Source of the DNA: Callorhinchus milii
Taxonomy: Eukaryota
Direction of reading: 5' to 3'
Length of the DNA: 64,000 nucleotides
Assembly: GCF_018977255.1 (NCBI RefSeq)
Contig: NW_024704742.1
Coordinates: 71,302,001 to 71,366,000 of the forward strand
Part shown: one piece after another, positions 1 to 13,042 of the stretch
Layout of the letters: each line of letters begins with the position of its first letter
How positions within the stretch are numbered: position 1 is the first letter of the stretch
The notes under the pieces: generated by a model
Database searches by the model: none
The model's input: the letters and a program-made list of their open reading frames with translations, nothing else
What the model was told of the DNA's origin: nothing
Program-made: the position numbers and the translations under genes

Positions 1-303
1 CAATTTGTTCAAAGCAATGTCCCACAAAACAGCCATGAAGTGAATAACCAATTCTATCTGGGGAGGACACTGAGGGGGAGATCCCATTCTCTTTTCCAAT
101 AGCACCATGGGATCTTTAACATCCACCTGAACAGGCACAGGTGGGACCTCAGTTTATCATGTCAGATGAAGGATAGCACCTTTGACAATGTAGTGCTCCC
201 CCCAGCACTGCACTGGAGTGTCATCTTGGATTGTGGGCCAATGTGGCTTCTTGAACCCATAACCTTGTGAGTCAAGAGGTAGCAGTGTTAATGACTGACC
301 CAG
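1..303 (-). mobile_element. SINE family B (DeuSINE-like); further copies at ~2800-3165, 16530-17055, 19375-19790, 24020-24330, 25210-25580, 34545-34905, 61300-61690
   Basis: Reverse complement contains GACACTCCAGTGCAGTGCTGGGGGGAGCACTACATTGTC...CAGGTGGATGTTAAAGATCCCATGG...GCTGTTTTGTGGGACATTGC. Confidence 0.8.
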
Positions 304-1956
304 GAGACCACTACAAAGGGCTGACCGCAAACAAAAACAGCAGAGAAACAAGAGAGATTGGAGAATAATAAGCCAATAATGCATAAAGATATAGGAGGAA
401 GGAGAGACTGAGAGGTCAGGTGGTCAACAGGTTTTGGGGTGCTCTGATAGAGGTCCTTAGATAATTAAAGGGATTGAGAGGACAAATGTGAGGAACTATT
501 TCCAACTGGTAGATAATTTGAGGCAAGAATTTAAGATTGTAACTAAGAGCATGAAAGGGAATGTTAGGAAGGATTAATGGAATGCATAACTATTTGCCAG
601 GGTTGGGTGGTCAGAGCAGGCTTGACTGGAGGGTATGGGGAAAGAATGTACAATTGGGATTAAGATAGATGACTATTGGAGGAGCAAGCAACGACACTAA
701 TGGCTATTAAATGTTAAATGGCCTGCTGATGACTTTTTATGTTTTATGGGTTTATGGAGGCGCTCGGAAATGAAGATAGTGGGCGATGAGCCCCATTTCA
801 ACACTGGAAGACAGTATGAGGTATTTGGAACTTTGAAGGAACAACAACAACAAAAATTGCATTTATTTAGCATCTTTCACATCAGGAGGACTACCCAGGG
901 AATGTTTAGAGATCATAGTAGCATCAATAAATGGAGACAACGTCAAAAACATAGCACCCAAACAGATTGATAAGAGTTTTACAGCACAGAAGGAGCTCAG
1001 TCGGCCCATTGTGTTATGCACTGACTCTCAGAGCAACCTGTCCACTCAATCCCATGGGCCTGCCCTATCCCCATACGTTTTGCCCATAAAATATACAGTC
1101 AATTCACTCTACAGTATATTCTATGACATGCTTTAAAATGTGCTGATTATGTGATAAGGCGCTATATCAAATGCAACGATTAGTATTATCATTATTATTA
1201 TACCCCTGTAGCTTTTTATTTCCTTACTGAAACCCACAAAGGACTCTGTTCTACCACCTTACTTAGCAGGACATTCCACATCACACATACGCTACAGGAC
1301 TCACAAACCTTATGTGAAGGTCCAGCTTCTTCTTGAATGCATCCACGCTACTATACATCTATGTCCTGCCATTGATTCAACCAATGCTTCAGGCAGCGAA
1401 AACCACAATATTGCTAAAAATACAGTATACAAAATGCGTGCAGTGTGATTTGGAGACTTAAGCACAGTATCTGACAGCCGACTGACCAAAATATAACCAC
1501 ATTGGGGAAATGCAACTATCACGTCGCATTAAGACAATGAGAAAAGCAAATCACATGATTCATAATAATAATAATGATCCTTGCATTTGATATAGCGCCT
1601 TGTCGCATCTCCCAGACATCTCAAAGTACTTCACAGGATATACTGTAAATTGAATTAACTATATTTTGTGGACGAAACGTAGAGGCCAATTGCGCACAGC
1701 AGCGACTACATAAATGCAAAACCTCAATGCCACTGGATGTTCATCACACCTCAGTGTCTTAAATTAACAAGCTCATAATTCCGCTGCAATTCTGAAAACT
1801 AGCTCGCCTCAAAAATGAATCAAGCGACAACCGTCACAGCTAACCCAGCAGACCAAAAGTACACCTCGTCTCAGCCTTGAATGCCTTCAAATTTAGAAAT
1901 GACAACAGATTGTGGAAACGTCTTCAATTCAGTCTTCATTTGAAATTCATACTTCA

Positions 1957-2327
1957 TGTGGTGTCCTGTAGCGTAGTCGTTAGAGCGCTCCCCTCGCAAG
2001 CAAGAGGACCAGGATTTGAGTCCCAGGCAGGGCGAAACCTTAGGCAAGTTTCCTTACTCACCAGGCATCTGTTTGCCAAACAGTAAGTAGAAACCCGGTT
2101 GTTAGTCGATTGAAGGATCACTTTCTGGTCATAATAATCACTCCAAAAATAAAAAAATTCACTCAATCCATGACTGTTTGTTGGACACTGTTGAATGCAG
2201 TTGGCTGGCACATTTCGCCCACAGAATACACAGTCAATCCACTTTATAATATATTCCTGTGAAGCACTATGAGACGTCTCAATTATGTGTAAAGGTGCTG
2301 TATCAAATGCAAGGATTATCATTATTT
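1957..2327 (+). mobile_element. tRNA-derived SINE, family A (tRNA-like head, Deu-like body, L2-derived tail)
   Basis: TCCTGTAGCGTAGTCGTTAGAGC A-box, B-box-like segment, GGGCGAAACCTTAGGCAAGTTTCCTTACTC body, ATCAAATGCAAGGATTAT tail. Many other copies across the window. Confidence 0.85.
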
Positions 2328-3239
2328 GGAAGCTGGTTTCTTGTAATTCTTAAAAAGACATCAGCTTCCAAAGTAAGACTGGATTGAAGAATTTCCACAA
2401 TTCTGCTCCCATTTCTCATGATATGACAAAATAGTTTCACAGGCTGAGAGAGACGAGGTGGAATTTCAGGTCTCTGTCAGGGCGAGCCTGTTTTCTGTCA
2501 GAAAAAGAAAAACATAAAAGGGTGTATGTATGTAAGGGGACAAACAGATGGCCAACCTGGCGGTTGAGTGGATGGGGGAAGAAAGTAGGGGAGAGGGACT
2601 AAACTTACCTTAAAAAAGTTTTGACGACATTTTAGAGTTTGGTCAGTCCTAAGGGATCACGTGTAAAGGTTTCCAACAGCTTTGATTTTAGGGCTTTGTA
2701 ATTCTTAATGATACCACAATAATTCTTGTGCTTGATATAGCGCCTTTCATGTCTGGAGGCTGTCTCAAAGCTCTTCACAGTCACTTTATAGTAACATGAT
2801 TTGTAGGTAAATGCAGTGATCAATTTGCACACAGCAATGTGCACAAACAACAACCAATTACATTTGTATAGTGACTTTCACGTCGGGAAGGCAGTGGACA
2901 GTCAGTGGTTTGGCAGCCACAAGCGCCACAAACAGCCACAAAATGAATGACCAATTTTATATAGCAGAATAAAATAGTGCCATTGGACATTTAATGTCCA
3001 CCTGAACAGGTTTATCGTCTCATCCTAAAGATGGCACTTCTAACAGTGCATTCCCTCAGCACGACATTGGAGTTATTCTGGACTACGCAAATTCAAAGTC
3101 CCTAATGTGATTTGAATCCACAACTTTCTGACTCAGATACAAGAGTGATACTAACTGAGCCAGGTGGGTCATCTTTTATTTGGTCAACCAGGTGTCTGAT
3201 CAAAGGAAAAACCATCACCAGGCTTAAGAGTAGCTAGGC

Positions 3240-3965
3240 TAGGAACCTAGGCGCTTGTTTAAGCCTCAACTGTCCTTTCTACCCTACCTCCATGCCATGA
3301 CCTGCTCTGCCTTCCCCCACCTCTGCGACATAGCCTGGCTCCGCCACTGCCTCACCCAACAGGCCGTCAAAACCCTCATTCGTGCAATCATCACATCTGG
3401 GCTCAACTACCCAAACTCCCTGCTTGTCGGCCTTCCCAACTCTTCCCTCAACAAACTGCAGATCTTCCAGAACGTTGCAGCTTGTGTCCTCTCCCACACC
3501 AGGCTCCCTGACCCCATGAACTCCACACTCGCCCACCTCCACTTGCTCCACATCCCTCAGAAGATTGAGTTAAAAATTCTTGTCCTCGCCTTCAAGGCCC
3601 TCCACTGTCTTGCCCCTTTGTACCTCAGTGACCTACTAACCCCTTATCAACCTGTCCTCTCCCTCCACTCGCAGGCCTGCTCCACGTCCCCCGCCCAGCC
3701 CACCCCACCATCAGCGGTCAGGCCTTCAGCCTCCCTGCCCCCACTTTTAGGAACTCCATCCCACATTTCCTTTACCTCTCTCCCTCTCTTGCCTCCTTCA
3801 AGGTACGTCTCAAGACCCTCCTCTTCGACCGTGCCTTCAGCCACCCTACCCGCCCTTGCCCCAACCCCCCATCCAGCTCGGGTCCAAATCCCTAACTGTC
3901 CAGCGCCTTGGGACATGCTACCGACATGAAAGGCACTATACAAATGTAATTTTGTATTGTATTGT
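3240..3965 (+). mobile_element. L2 LINE 3' fragment
   Basis: LNYPNSLLVGLP...IELKILVLAFKALH; GAAAGGCACTATACAAATGTAA end with (TTGTA)n tail. Confidence 0.9.
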
Positions 3966-4740
3966 ATCTCACCTATACATGGAAATCCCAGAGACAGAAT
4001 GTTGGAATGGAACGAGCACTCTCTCCCTGGGTGAGGTGGGGCGTCTGATTAATCAGGACAGGAAGCAATGACAGATTGTGAGATTAATAATCAATTGACT
4101 CGTCTCCCGCACATCCTGTGGCTCAGGTGAGTGTGCTGTACTTGGAGGAGTGGAGCATTGCTGGTGTGATGTTCCACAAAGAAGAAACAAGGACATAAAA
4201 AGCTCTAAAAAAAAAGGTATACGCCACGCTCTGATTCACAGGCTGGAATCATAACTCAGCGAGTCATTGTAATAACTCAATCAGCTGCCAGTAATATAGT
4301 ACAGGTTGCCACACTCCACTTACCACAGCTCAACGCAACATTTTATAAAATACAGAGCTTTGATAGAGTGTACTGGATTGCCACTGCTGTATGTATCATA
4401 ATCCTCACTTTTTACACAGTGCCTCCATCGCCAAAACACCTGAAAGCGCTTCACAGGACACTGATTTCAAAACGACTGTGTAATTTTAGGTGAATGCTGC
4501 AAGCAAACTGCACTTAGCAAAGGTCCCACACAAACAGCCACAAAGTCAATTATTTATCTGCATTCATTTCAATGTTGTGGCCGGCCAACTTTACTATTTT
4601 GTAGGCAAACGTGGTGACCATTTTCCATGGGCATTTTCCACACAGCAAATGGCCAACTGATCTAGAAAACTGTTGGCCAGGACACCGAATGAAACTGACT
4701 TTGAGACGTCCTCCTGTGGTGGAAGTCACTGTACCAAATA

Positions 4741-5220
4741 CAGTAAAACCCACATAGGTCGTAACAGTAACATTTAATATGACTTATGCGAAATCCGAGT
4801 TGCAGGCAATACAGTATGTTGCATAAAATCTGATTTAATCAATAATCTACAATGCACATAAGTAATTCAACGCAGCCGGTAAGTTTGTGGTCAAGACTAG
4901 GTTTCCTACAGTTCAATGCGCCTTGACCGTCGCCACATGTGCACTTACCGATAAGAATTGGAATCGCATTGAATCACAGGAGATGAAGATCTTCTGCGCA
5001 TGTGGCAACAGATCAAGACTAAGTTCCCGTGATTCAATCAGCTGGTAAGTGCGGGAGTAATGAAGGGTAGGGGAGCAGTGTTACGAGTTAGGAGGTGATT
5101 AATACAACTAATGCAAAGAAATTTAAGTAATTTTGATGGAAAACTGAATGGGACTCGGGTGGGTGTAAGACTTAGGTGATTATACTATTTATAAAGATAA
5201 GACTTATGCGAGTTTTACTG
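4741..5220. mobile_element. Tc1/mariner (pogo/Tigger-like) MITE, ~480 bp
   Basis: TIRs CAGTAAAACCCACATAGGTC (4741-60) and GACTTATGCGAGTTTTACTG (5201-20) are 17/20 complementary. Flanked by TA on the left and TT on the right; no coding capacity. Confidence 0.75.
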
Positions 5221-5307
5221 TTCAAGGATTATTATACACTGTATTTCTAGTCAATTATATTTTGTAAAGCACTTTGATAAGTTTATTTTTACGTGACAGG
5301 TACAAAT

Positions 5308-5398
5308 TGTGTTATTTACAAATATGCCTGCCATGATATTAATAAGAACTTGTTATGTAAAGCATAATACCATGGCATGCATATTTGTAAATAACACA
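5308..5398. repeat. Short inverted repeat / hairpin (33-34 bp stem, ~24 nt loop)
   Basis: TGTGTTATTTACAAATATGCCTGCCATGATATT vs AATACCATGGCATGCATATTTGTAAATAACACA: 31/33 complementary. Confidence 0.85.
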
Positions 5399-7657
5399 GT
5401 CCCACGGAGTCCCAGTGCAGTGTAATGTGTTGTAGTTGTAATGTGCCCCTTTATACTAGCAGGATTATGAGCTGCTGAAGGGACAAACCAATAATGGGAG
5501 TTGTGTTTAAAACAGATTTGCGGGAATAAACAATTCTTTATGAACCAATGTTCAAAGTAAAGTAAAACACACGCGAGAGAGCTTCTGCTTTAAAAACAGG
5601 CATTTGATACTGCGCTGTATCATGTTGTCAAGATGTCTCAAAGCGCTTCAAAGAATAGAGTGTAAAGTGAATTGACTGTATATTTTGTGGGCGAAACACG
5701 GGAGCCAATTACACACAGCAGTTTTTCTGTTAAATAAAATTTCAGGATCCACAACACAAAGAACCTGCATAGTAACTGTACACCTTATGTGTGTAGCGGG
5801 GGAAGAGAGTTAGCGTTATTATTCGACTGAGAAGCTGAACATGTGAGTGATACCGTGTCATTTCCAGCACGGGTAAGTTTCACAATGCTGGTTTGCTCTT
5901 AGGGCTGGTCAGTCTTTATTACTTTGAGTCAGAATGCCATGCATTACTGTATTACCTTCTCACCTGAGTGAGCCAGGCTGACACACAATATGGGGGTACG
6001 GGGAGTACTGTCACATGAGTTGTATCCTCTTGTTGTAGAAGATATCATATGGCCGAAGGACCTTCTTCATCCAAACCAACTGTGATCTGTGTCAATTTTT
6101 TGTAATATGGCTGCTTTTATTTGTTGCTTACTGGATCTTGAATGCTTCAATAAGAACCATCAAATATAAAAAATAATAATCCTTGCATTTGATATAGCGC
6201 CTTGTCACGTTGTTGAGACGTCTCAAAGAGCTTCACAGAATATACTATAAAGAGAATTGACTGAATGTTGTGGGCGAAATTGATGGGGGGCAGGGCTCAA
6301 ACATTAGCTATCCGACATTCACACCAGCAGTTCACTGGATGGCAACAGATGCTATCAGATCTACACCGAAAGTAGAACAGCACGGCATAAAAACAATAAA
6401 TTGGTGTCTCATACCTCTCATGTGGGCGAGGGGACTGTTTGAAAGTGAGAGATTTTTAACTGTGTGGAGTATTTGCTTTTTGCTTAAATGCACAATGCAA
6501 TTTGACAAACCTTTATACGAGGCAGTAATTCAGTAAGAGCAACCAGGCGTAGGAATACGGTGCAAACATACGCCACGTCCTTAGTTCCTGTCTTAGCTCA
6601 AATGTACAAAGGTTGCATTATACATAGCAAACATTGCAACATCTAACTATACCAAACTAAAGCACTAACCCAAAAATCATTAAATCATGAAGGGAGCTTT
6701 AATGCCAATGTGCCTCCCACTCTCTGACACTCTCCCAAATCTCTCCGCCTGGCACCCTCTCCCCGTCTTCACAGCCCTTTCAAAACCTATTATTTTTGCT
6801 CATGTCTTTTGAAACCCTCCCACCTCTCCACCTATCTAACTTCACTTTCCACTCTGTTATTTGATGTGAAGGCGCTGTGCAGGCTGCTTTTGATGATACG
6901 GCCAAGGCAAAGCATGTGGAGTCCTGTAGCGTATTGGTTAACGATTACCAACCGGAATACATACTGCTAGATAAACACGCAAACGGAGTAAGGAAACTTG
7001 CCTAAGTTTTCGCTCGCCTGGGAATCAAACCTGTGTTATCTCACTTGTGAGGCGAGCACGCTATGGGATGCCAAAAGCAAAACAATGCAGGATGTACTGT
7101 CCTTCGCATGATATTGAAACAATACAAATTTACAGTTTTGTACACTAAAACCCTGGCTACTCGGACTAATGGGGGAGTGTGGGATCTGGTCCAGCGAGTT
7201 AGAATTTCGAGCTAAGTGTAATTAATTACAATGCTGGCACCATAAAACGAGTTCCTGTCTGCCTCTTCTCCGACAATGAGGCACACCCCCAGCATTGCAA
7301 TAGAGTGTCAACCTAGTTAATGATATCAAAGTCCAAACGTGGGGCTTCAACACACAATCTTTCGACTCATATTGACATTGGCTTTGAGACATTTCAACAC
7401 ATAGCGTGCTATAAAATGTTCTTTCTAGATAAACATGACCGATGGGAGCAAGTAACCTAAATACCTTGCGTTATTCATATAAGAACTGCCCTGCATTGCG
7501 TCAAAAAAAAAAGAAACCACTGTCTCAAGCTCAGAGCAGGGAAGGTGAGCAGACTATTCAGACTGAATTTCTATACAGGAAGCGATGAGTATGTGAAATA
7601 GTCTCGACAGGGAGGCAATGGAGACAGGTGGTGTCATCAGATTCAAGAGATAATCAA

Positions 7658-7955
7658 AGAATCATAGAATCTTACAGCACAGAAAGAGGCCATTCAGTCC
7701 ATCATGCCTGTGCTAGCTCTTTGAAAGAGCTACTCAACTAGTCGCACTTCTCCGCTCTTAACCTATAACCCTGCAAATATTTCCTTTTCAAGTACCTATC
7801 CAATTCCCTTTTGAAAGTTACTATTGAATCTGCTTCAACCACCTTTTCAGGCAGTGCATTCCAGACCATAACAACTCTCTAGGTAAAAAAAAATTCTCCT
7901 CTCCCGTCTGGTTCTTTTGCCAATTATCTTAAATCTGTGTCCTCTGGTTACAAAT
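7658..7955 (-). mobile_element. CR1 LINE 3' end
   Basis: Reverse complement ends TGGATGCACTGCCTGAAAAG-like...GAATGGCCTCTTTCTGTGCTGTAAGATTCTATGATTCT, a typical CR1 tail. Confidence 0.8.
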
Positions 7956-9064
7956 TTACTCCCACCAAAGCAAACAGAATGGGACTGAAAGGTGTCAGAG
8001 AGAGAGTGCAATTTTAAAATTTACTGTATAACCCTTGAACTTGGTGGAACATAATCTTTGCTGATCCATTTATAGAGCACATTTGAAGTAATATAATGTC
8101 TCAAAGCATTTCAGAGAACCAGATTAATGAACCATAAAGTGATGCTGTACACTCCCTGTTCCTTGCCCTTTTGATTCCTGAAATTGTTGCCTCTTTTTCA
8201 TAATGTGGATGTCGACAGCTGTCACGGCAGGGAATATTTTCTAACCCACCACTTCCAGTCTGACACTGCATCTTAAATGTACTGTGGGCGAGATGAGAAA
8301 ACCCAGCAACCACAAGAGGCAGGCAACAGCAGGCAAAGCAGCATGTGTGGGCGAAGAATTTGAGTTTAAGTTGAGTTTAAGAATCTGTCCAGCGCCTTGG
8401 GACGTCCTCCCAACATGAAAGGCGCATTACAAATGTAATCTTGTTGTTGTTGTTGTTTAAGACGGACACTCTGATTCATCAAGGAGAATTTTCTGTTACA
8501 GGCCTCATAACCTTCCATCCCAGCACACAAACATCTTCACAGGCATCGTCACAGGATGAGGCATTGATCTCGTCTATCTGTTTCAAGAGGGCATCAAAAG
8601 ATCCCTTGACACAATTCTTCCAGATAAATGATGACGTAAATGCCTTTGTATTTAAAATAGTGCAGACTCCACATTAAATTACTGGCGCTTGGAGACGTTT
8701 TGATTATAATAATTCTTGCATTTTTATAGCACCTTATCACATCGTCGACAAGTCTCAAATTACCTCACATAACATCCTGTATAGTGGTTTGACAGTATCT
8801 GTTGTCAGCAAAATGCACATTGATGTGATAAGATTTTAAAATGTGCATCTGTTTCTATCTCGCGACAAAGATTTGCATTTATATACAACAATAATTAGCA
8901 AAGCTTCATAGAGGCCACGACAGCCACTGAGCCGGGGATGGGGAGTGACTGTAGGCCCAATCAAAGAGGTTGGTTTCCAGTTGACTTTTGAAGAAAGACA
9001 CAGGGCAAGACAGAGGGGTACTGGGAGGCAGTTCCAGAGGGTTGAGGCATTACGGCTTAGTTAC

Positions 9065-11569
9065 CAGGAAATTGAAGCCAGACGCAAGGAGAGATTGGTG
9101 GATCCAAGGCTTCCCTCAAAATGTCCCCCTCCCTGCAACTCTCCTGCTCTGTCCTGCTCTCTCTCCGCCCTCCCCGTCTCCTATCTCTGCTTGAACCCCC
9201 CCCACCGCCTCCCTCTGCTCCAGCCTGGGAATCCTTCGCCGGGCTCATCGCAGCACGACGCTCGCTGGCTGTCCAGCAGCAGCCACACCAACTGCGCCAT
9301 TCCCCACTACTGCCACAAGCTAACCCGGACCCAGAACCCAGGGGATAACCTCTCCTCCCTCATCCACATCCCCACCCTCCCTCTCAACCATTCCACACAT
9401 CCCCCTTCCAACTGTCCACTCCACATTGGACTTCAAAATGTCCGCTCCATCTCCAACAAGACCCTCGCCGTCAATGATCTCATCCTCGATCATGGCACTC
9501 ACAGAAACCTGGATCACCCAGGTGACATCTTCCCCCTCACTGAGGCCACACCACCTGGCTACACCTTCCACCATGACCCACGCCCCAACCGTCATGGTGG
9601 TGGTGTGGCCCTCATATCCAGGTCATCACTTGCCCTATCCCCCTACTCCACCGGCCCGTTCCCCTCTTTCGAACACCTTACCCTCTGCCATCCCTCCCAC
9701 CTCTCTCTGAAAATTCTCTTTCTCTACCGCGCCCCAAAATCCTCCTCCACCTTCAACTCTGATATCTCCACCCTCCTTGCTTCCCTCTGCCTCTGCTCCG
9801 ACCGCTTCATCATCCTAGGCAACTTCAACCTCCACTTCACTCCCTCCTGCTCCACCTCCTCAGACTTCTCCTCTCCTCTCTCAATCTCTCCCTTCACATC
9901 CACTCTGCTACCCACACCCACGGTCACCCACTCGACCTGGTGATCACCTGGGGCCTCAGCGTCTCACATGTCACCATCACTGACAAGGCCATCTCTGACC
10001 ACCATCTCCCTCAACTCCCATATCCCCCTCACCTCCCAAACTGCCTCCCAATATTCCCGATCCTTACCCTGATTCACCAGCCACCTCCGTTTGCTTAAAG
10101 GCCAGGTGTGGTAGGCCGAACGCACTTGGCTCAAATCGGGCCTAACTGTCTACATCTGGCTGGACCTCATCAAGACCTACCGCTCCCTCCTCAGCCAAGT
10201 CGTCCTTCTATTCCAGGTTAATCCTGGAGGCGAAGGGCAACCCCAGGCTCCTGTTCTCCACCACCAACCGGCTCCTCCGGCCTCCCCGACACGCCTCGCA
10301 GATACTTTCCTCTGACTCTCACTGCAAGAAAATGCTGGACTTCCTCGAGTCCAAAATCGAGGGAAACTTCTCAGCTGCTACTGCCCTCCCAACTTCCACC
10401 CCCTCCCAACCCCCAACCCACACAATTACCCATCTGACAATTACCCATCTCTCTCTCCACACCTTTGAACCTGTCACCCCCTCCTCTGTCTTCAACACGA
10501 TAACCTCCATGAAGTATACCACCTGCTCCCTCGACCCCATCCCCAGCCCTCTCCTTAAATCCAAGCTCCAACTCCTTGCCCCACTACTCGCCGACATCAT
10601 TAACCTCTCCGTCATCTGGCACTGTTCCTTCCCCCCTCAAAACAGCCACTATCACCCCCACCTTGAAGAAACATTCCCTTGACTAATCACAGCTGCCCAG
10701 CTACCGGCCCATCTCAAATCTCCCCTTCCTATCCAAGGTCCTAAGTGGCTCTCGCCAGCGCCTCCGCACCTCAGACACTGGCAGCATCAGCCTCCACGGC
10801 TGCACACTCAACCTCACTAAGCCAATCAGGAACCTGGGTGTCTTGTTTGACCCTGAACTGTCCTTTCTCCATCACATCCGCGCCATGACCAGCACTGCCT
10901 ACCACCACCTCCGCAATATTGCCAGACTCCGCCACTGCCTCACTCCTCAGGCTGCCGAAACCCTCACCCACGCTTTCGTCACATCAAGACTCGATTATGG
11001 GAACTCCCTCCTCATCGGCCTTCCCAAATCTTCCCTTCACAAGCTGCAGATCATCCAAACCTCTGCAGCTCGTGTATTCTCATCACCAGGCTCCGTGACC
11101 CCATCACTCCCACCCTCGCCCGACTCCACTGGCTCTCCATCCCCCAGAGGATTGAGTTCAAGATCCTCATCCTCACTTTAAGGCCATCCATGGGTTTGCC
11201 CCCTCCTACCTCTCTGACTTGCTGACTCCCTACCGATCTACCCTCTCCCTCCGTTCATCGGGCTCCAACCTGCTCCATGTCTCCCACCCGACCCGCCCTA
11301 CCATCGGTGGCCGGGCTTTCAGCCTCTCTGTTCCCACGCTCTGGAACTCCATCCCACGGTCCCTTCGCCTCGCTTCCTCCCTTGCCTCCTTCAAGGCCGG
11401 TCTCAAGATCCTTCTCTTCGATCGTGCCTTTGGTCTCCCTCCCACCTCTCTGCCTTCCCTCACCCCTCCCCCACGCTCAGGTTCTGACCCCTGACTGTTC
11501 AGCGCTTTGGGATGTCCTCCCAACGTGAAAGGCACTCTATAAATGTAATTTTGTTGTTGTTGTTGTTGT
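9065..11569 (+). mobile_element. L2-type LINE, long degenerate copy (APE endonuclease plus 3' ORF2; RT core internally deleted)
   Basis: GLQNVRSI, TETW, GGGVALI, LYRAPK and ILGNFN endonuclease motifs; CSLDPIP; FDPELSF...HAFVTSRLDYGNSLLIGLP; GGRAFS...LWNSIP; (TTG)n tail. Confidence 0.9.
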
Positions 11570-12669
11570 CTTGTCCGTCATGTTAGGGCAATTAAAGTTG
11601 ATGCCCATCCAAGTATTGATACCAGACAGGCAGGTGGTCAGAACATCAATGGACTTGGACTTAAGGCAAGACTTAGAAAGATAGATCTTGGAGATATCTT
11701 GCATAGAAATACATACAGGCCCAACTGGTACCTGGCATTCAGCTTTTACACATGGTCAGCAGAGGAGAGGTAACGAATGCTTTTATATCAACCCTTTAAT
11801 CACAGTTGTGTGTCCCTGCTGTGCTAAGTAGGTCTTTTAAAATATTGTAGCAGGTGAACACAACAATGGCTGCAAGTGAAATTAAAATCTGAGGAATAAT
11901 AATCCTGAGACGTCTCAAGGCGCTTCACAGAATATACTGAAAACTGGATTGACTGTGTATTTTGTGGTCAAAATGTGGCAGCCAATTGTGCACAGCAGTG
12001 TCCCACAAACAGTCATGGATTCAGTGACTACATTTTTCTTTTGGAGGGATTATTATCTCTGGAAAGCGATCCGCCAGTCAAGGATGCATAAAACAAAAGA
12101 CATGAAACAAAGTGAGTGTGAGATCTCTAACGTGTAACGAGGAAGAAAAAGAAATGAAGAATATAAGGGATGTGGTCAATTTCAATACTAATGGGAATCC
12201 CTACCTGCTGATCAGGTTTAGCCCGCATTCTCCAAGAAACTGTGAGTAACCAAACAGAGCTCACAAACGTTCTTCTTCAAGATGGGACGTGTCGTGATTT
12301 CTCATCTTTCACCTGTCAGGCTCTATTCTGAAAAGGGATTCCTGCCTCAGCGTTTTCCCTTTCAGTAACTGGAGGTGTGGTGCAGTAGGAGGGAATGGAC
12401 AAACAGAAAGGCAAAGAGTTCTGATTTCTGAACTGGATTGAGCACATTTAAAAGCTGCCTTAAACTTTGCCCTAGGCACTGCTTTAAGATTCCTGCGTCA
12501 AACCTTGATTTGATCAGGATGAGAATTTCAATTATTAATAATAATATTACTTACATTTGATTTAGTGCCTTTCATGTCGGGAGGACATCTCAAAAACCTT
12601 CCTTCACAGGATATACTATAGTGGAGTGGAGTGACTGTGTGTGTTTGTGGGTGCACGCCACAGCTATTA

Positions 12670-13042
12670 GTGGAGTCCTGTAGCTCAGTGGTTAGAGCAC
12701 TCGCTTCGCAAGCAAGAGACCTGGGTTTGAATCCCAGCAGGGCGAAACATCGGGCAAGTTTTCTTACTCCACACGCCTCTGTTTACCTAGCATTAAGTAG
12801 GAACCCAGTTGTTAGTCAATTGGTGATCGCTTTTCCCGTGGTAATAATTCCTGAACAAAAAAAAATTACAATAAATTGGTCAATCAATCCACATCGGTTT
12901 GTGGGACACTGCTGTGCATAATTGGCTGCCGCATTTCGCACACAAAATATACAGTCAATTCACTTTACAGTATATTCTGTGAAGCGCTTTCAGAAGTCTC
13001 AAAGACGTGACAAGGTGCTATATAAAATGTAAGCATTATTAT
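12670..13042 (+). mobile_element. SINE family A, full length; its tail is the Helitron insertion site
   Basis: GTGGAGTCCTGTAGCTCAGTGGTTAGAGCACTCGC...GCATTATTATT. Confidence 0.9.

Noticed and set aside
8945..9943. 332-aa ORF as a host gene
   Set aside because: It is the degenerate endonuclease region of an L2 element with frameshifts.
12205..12327. Minus-strand exon candidate (ttttcag...CAG|GTAGG)
   Set aside because: Immediate stops in the phase required by semaphorin exon 1 and no Sema similarity.
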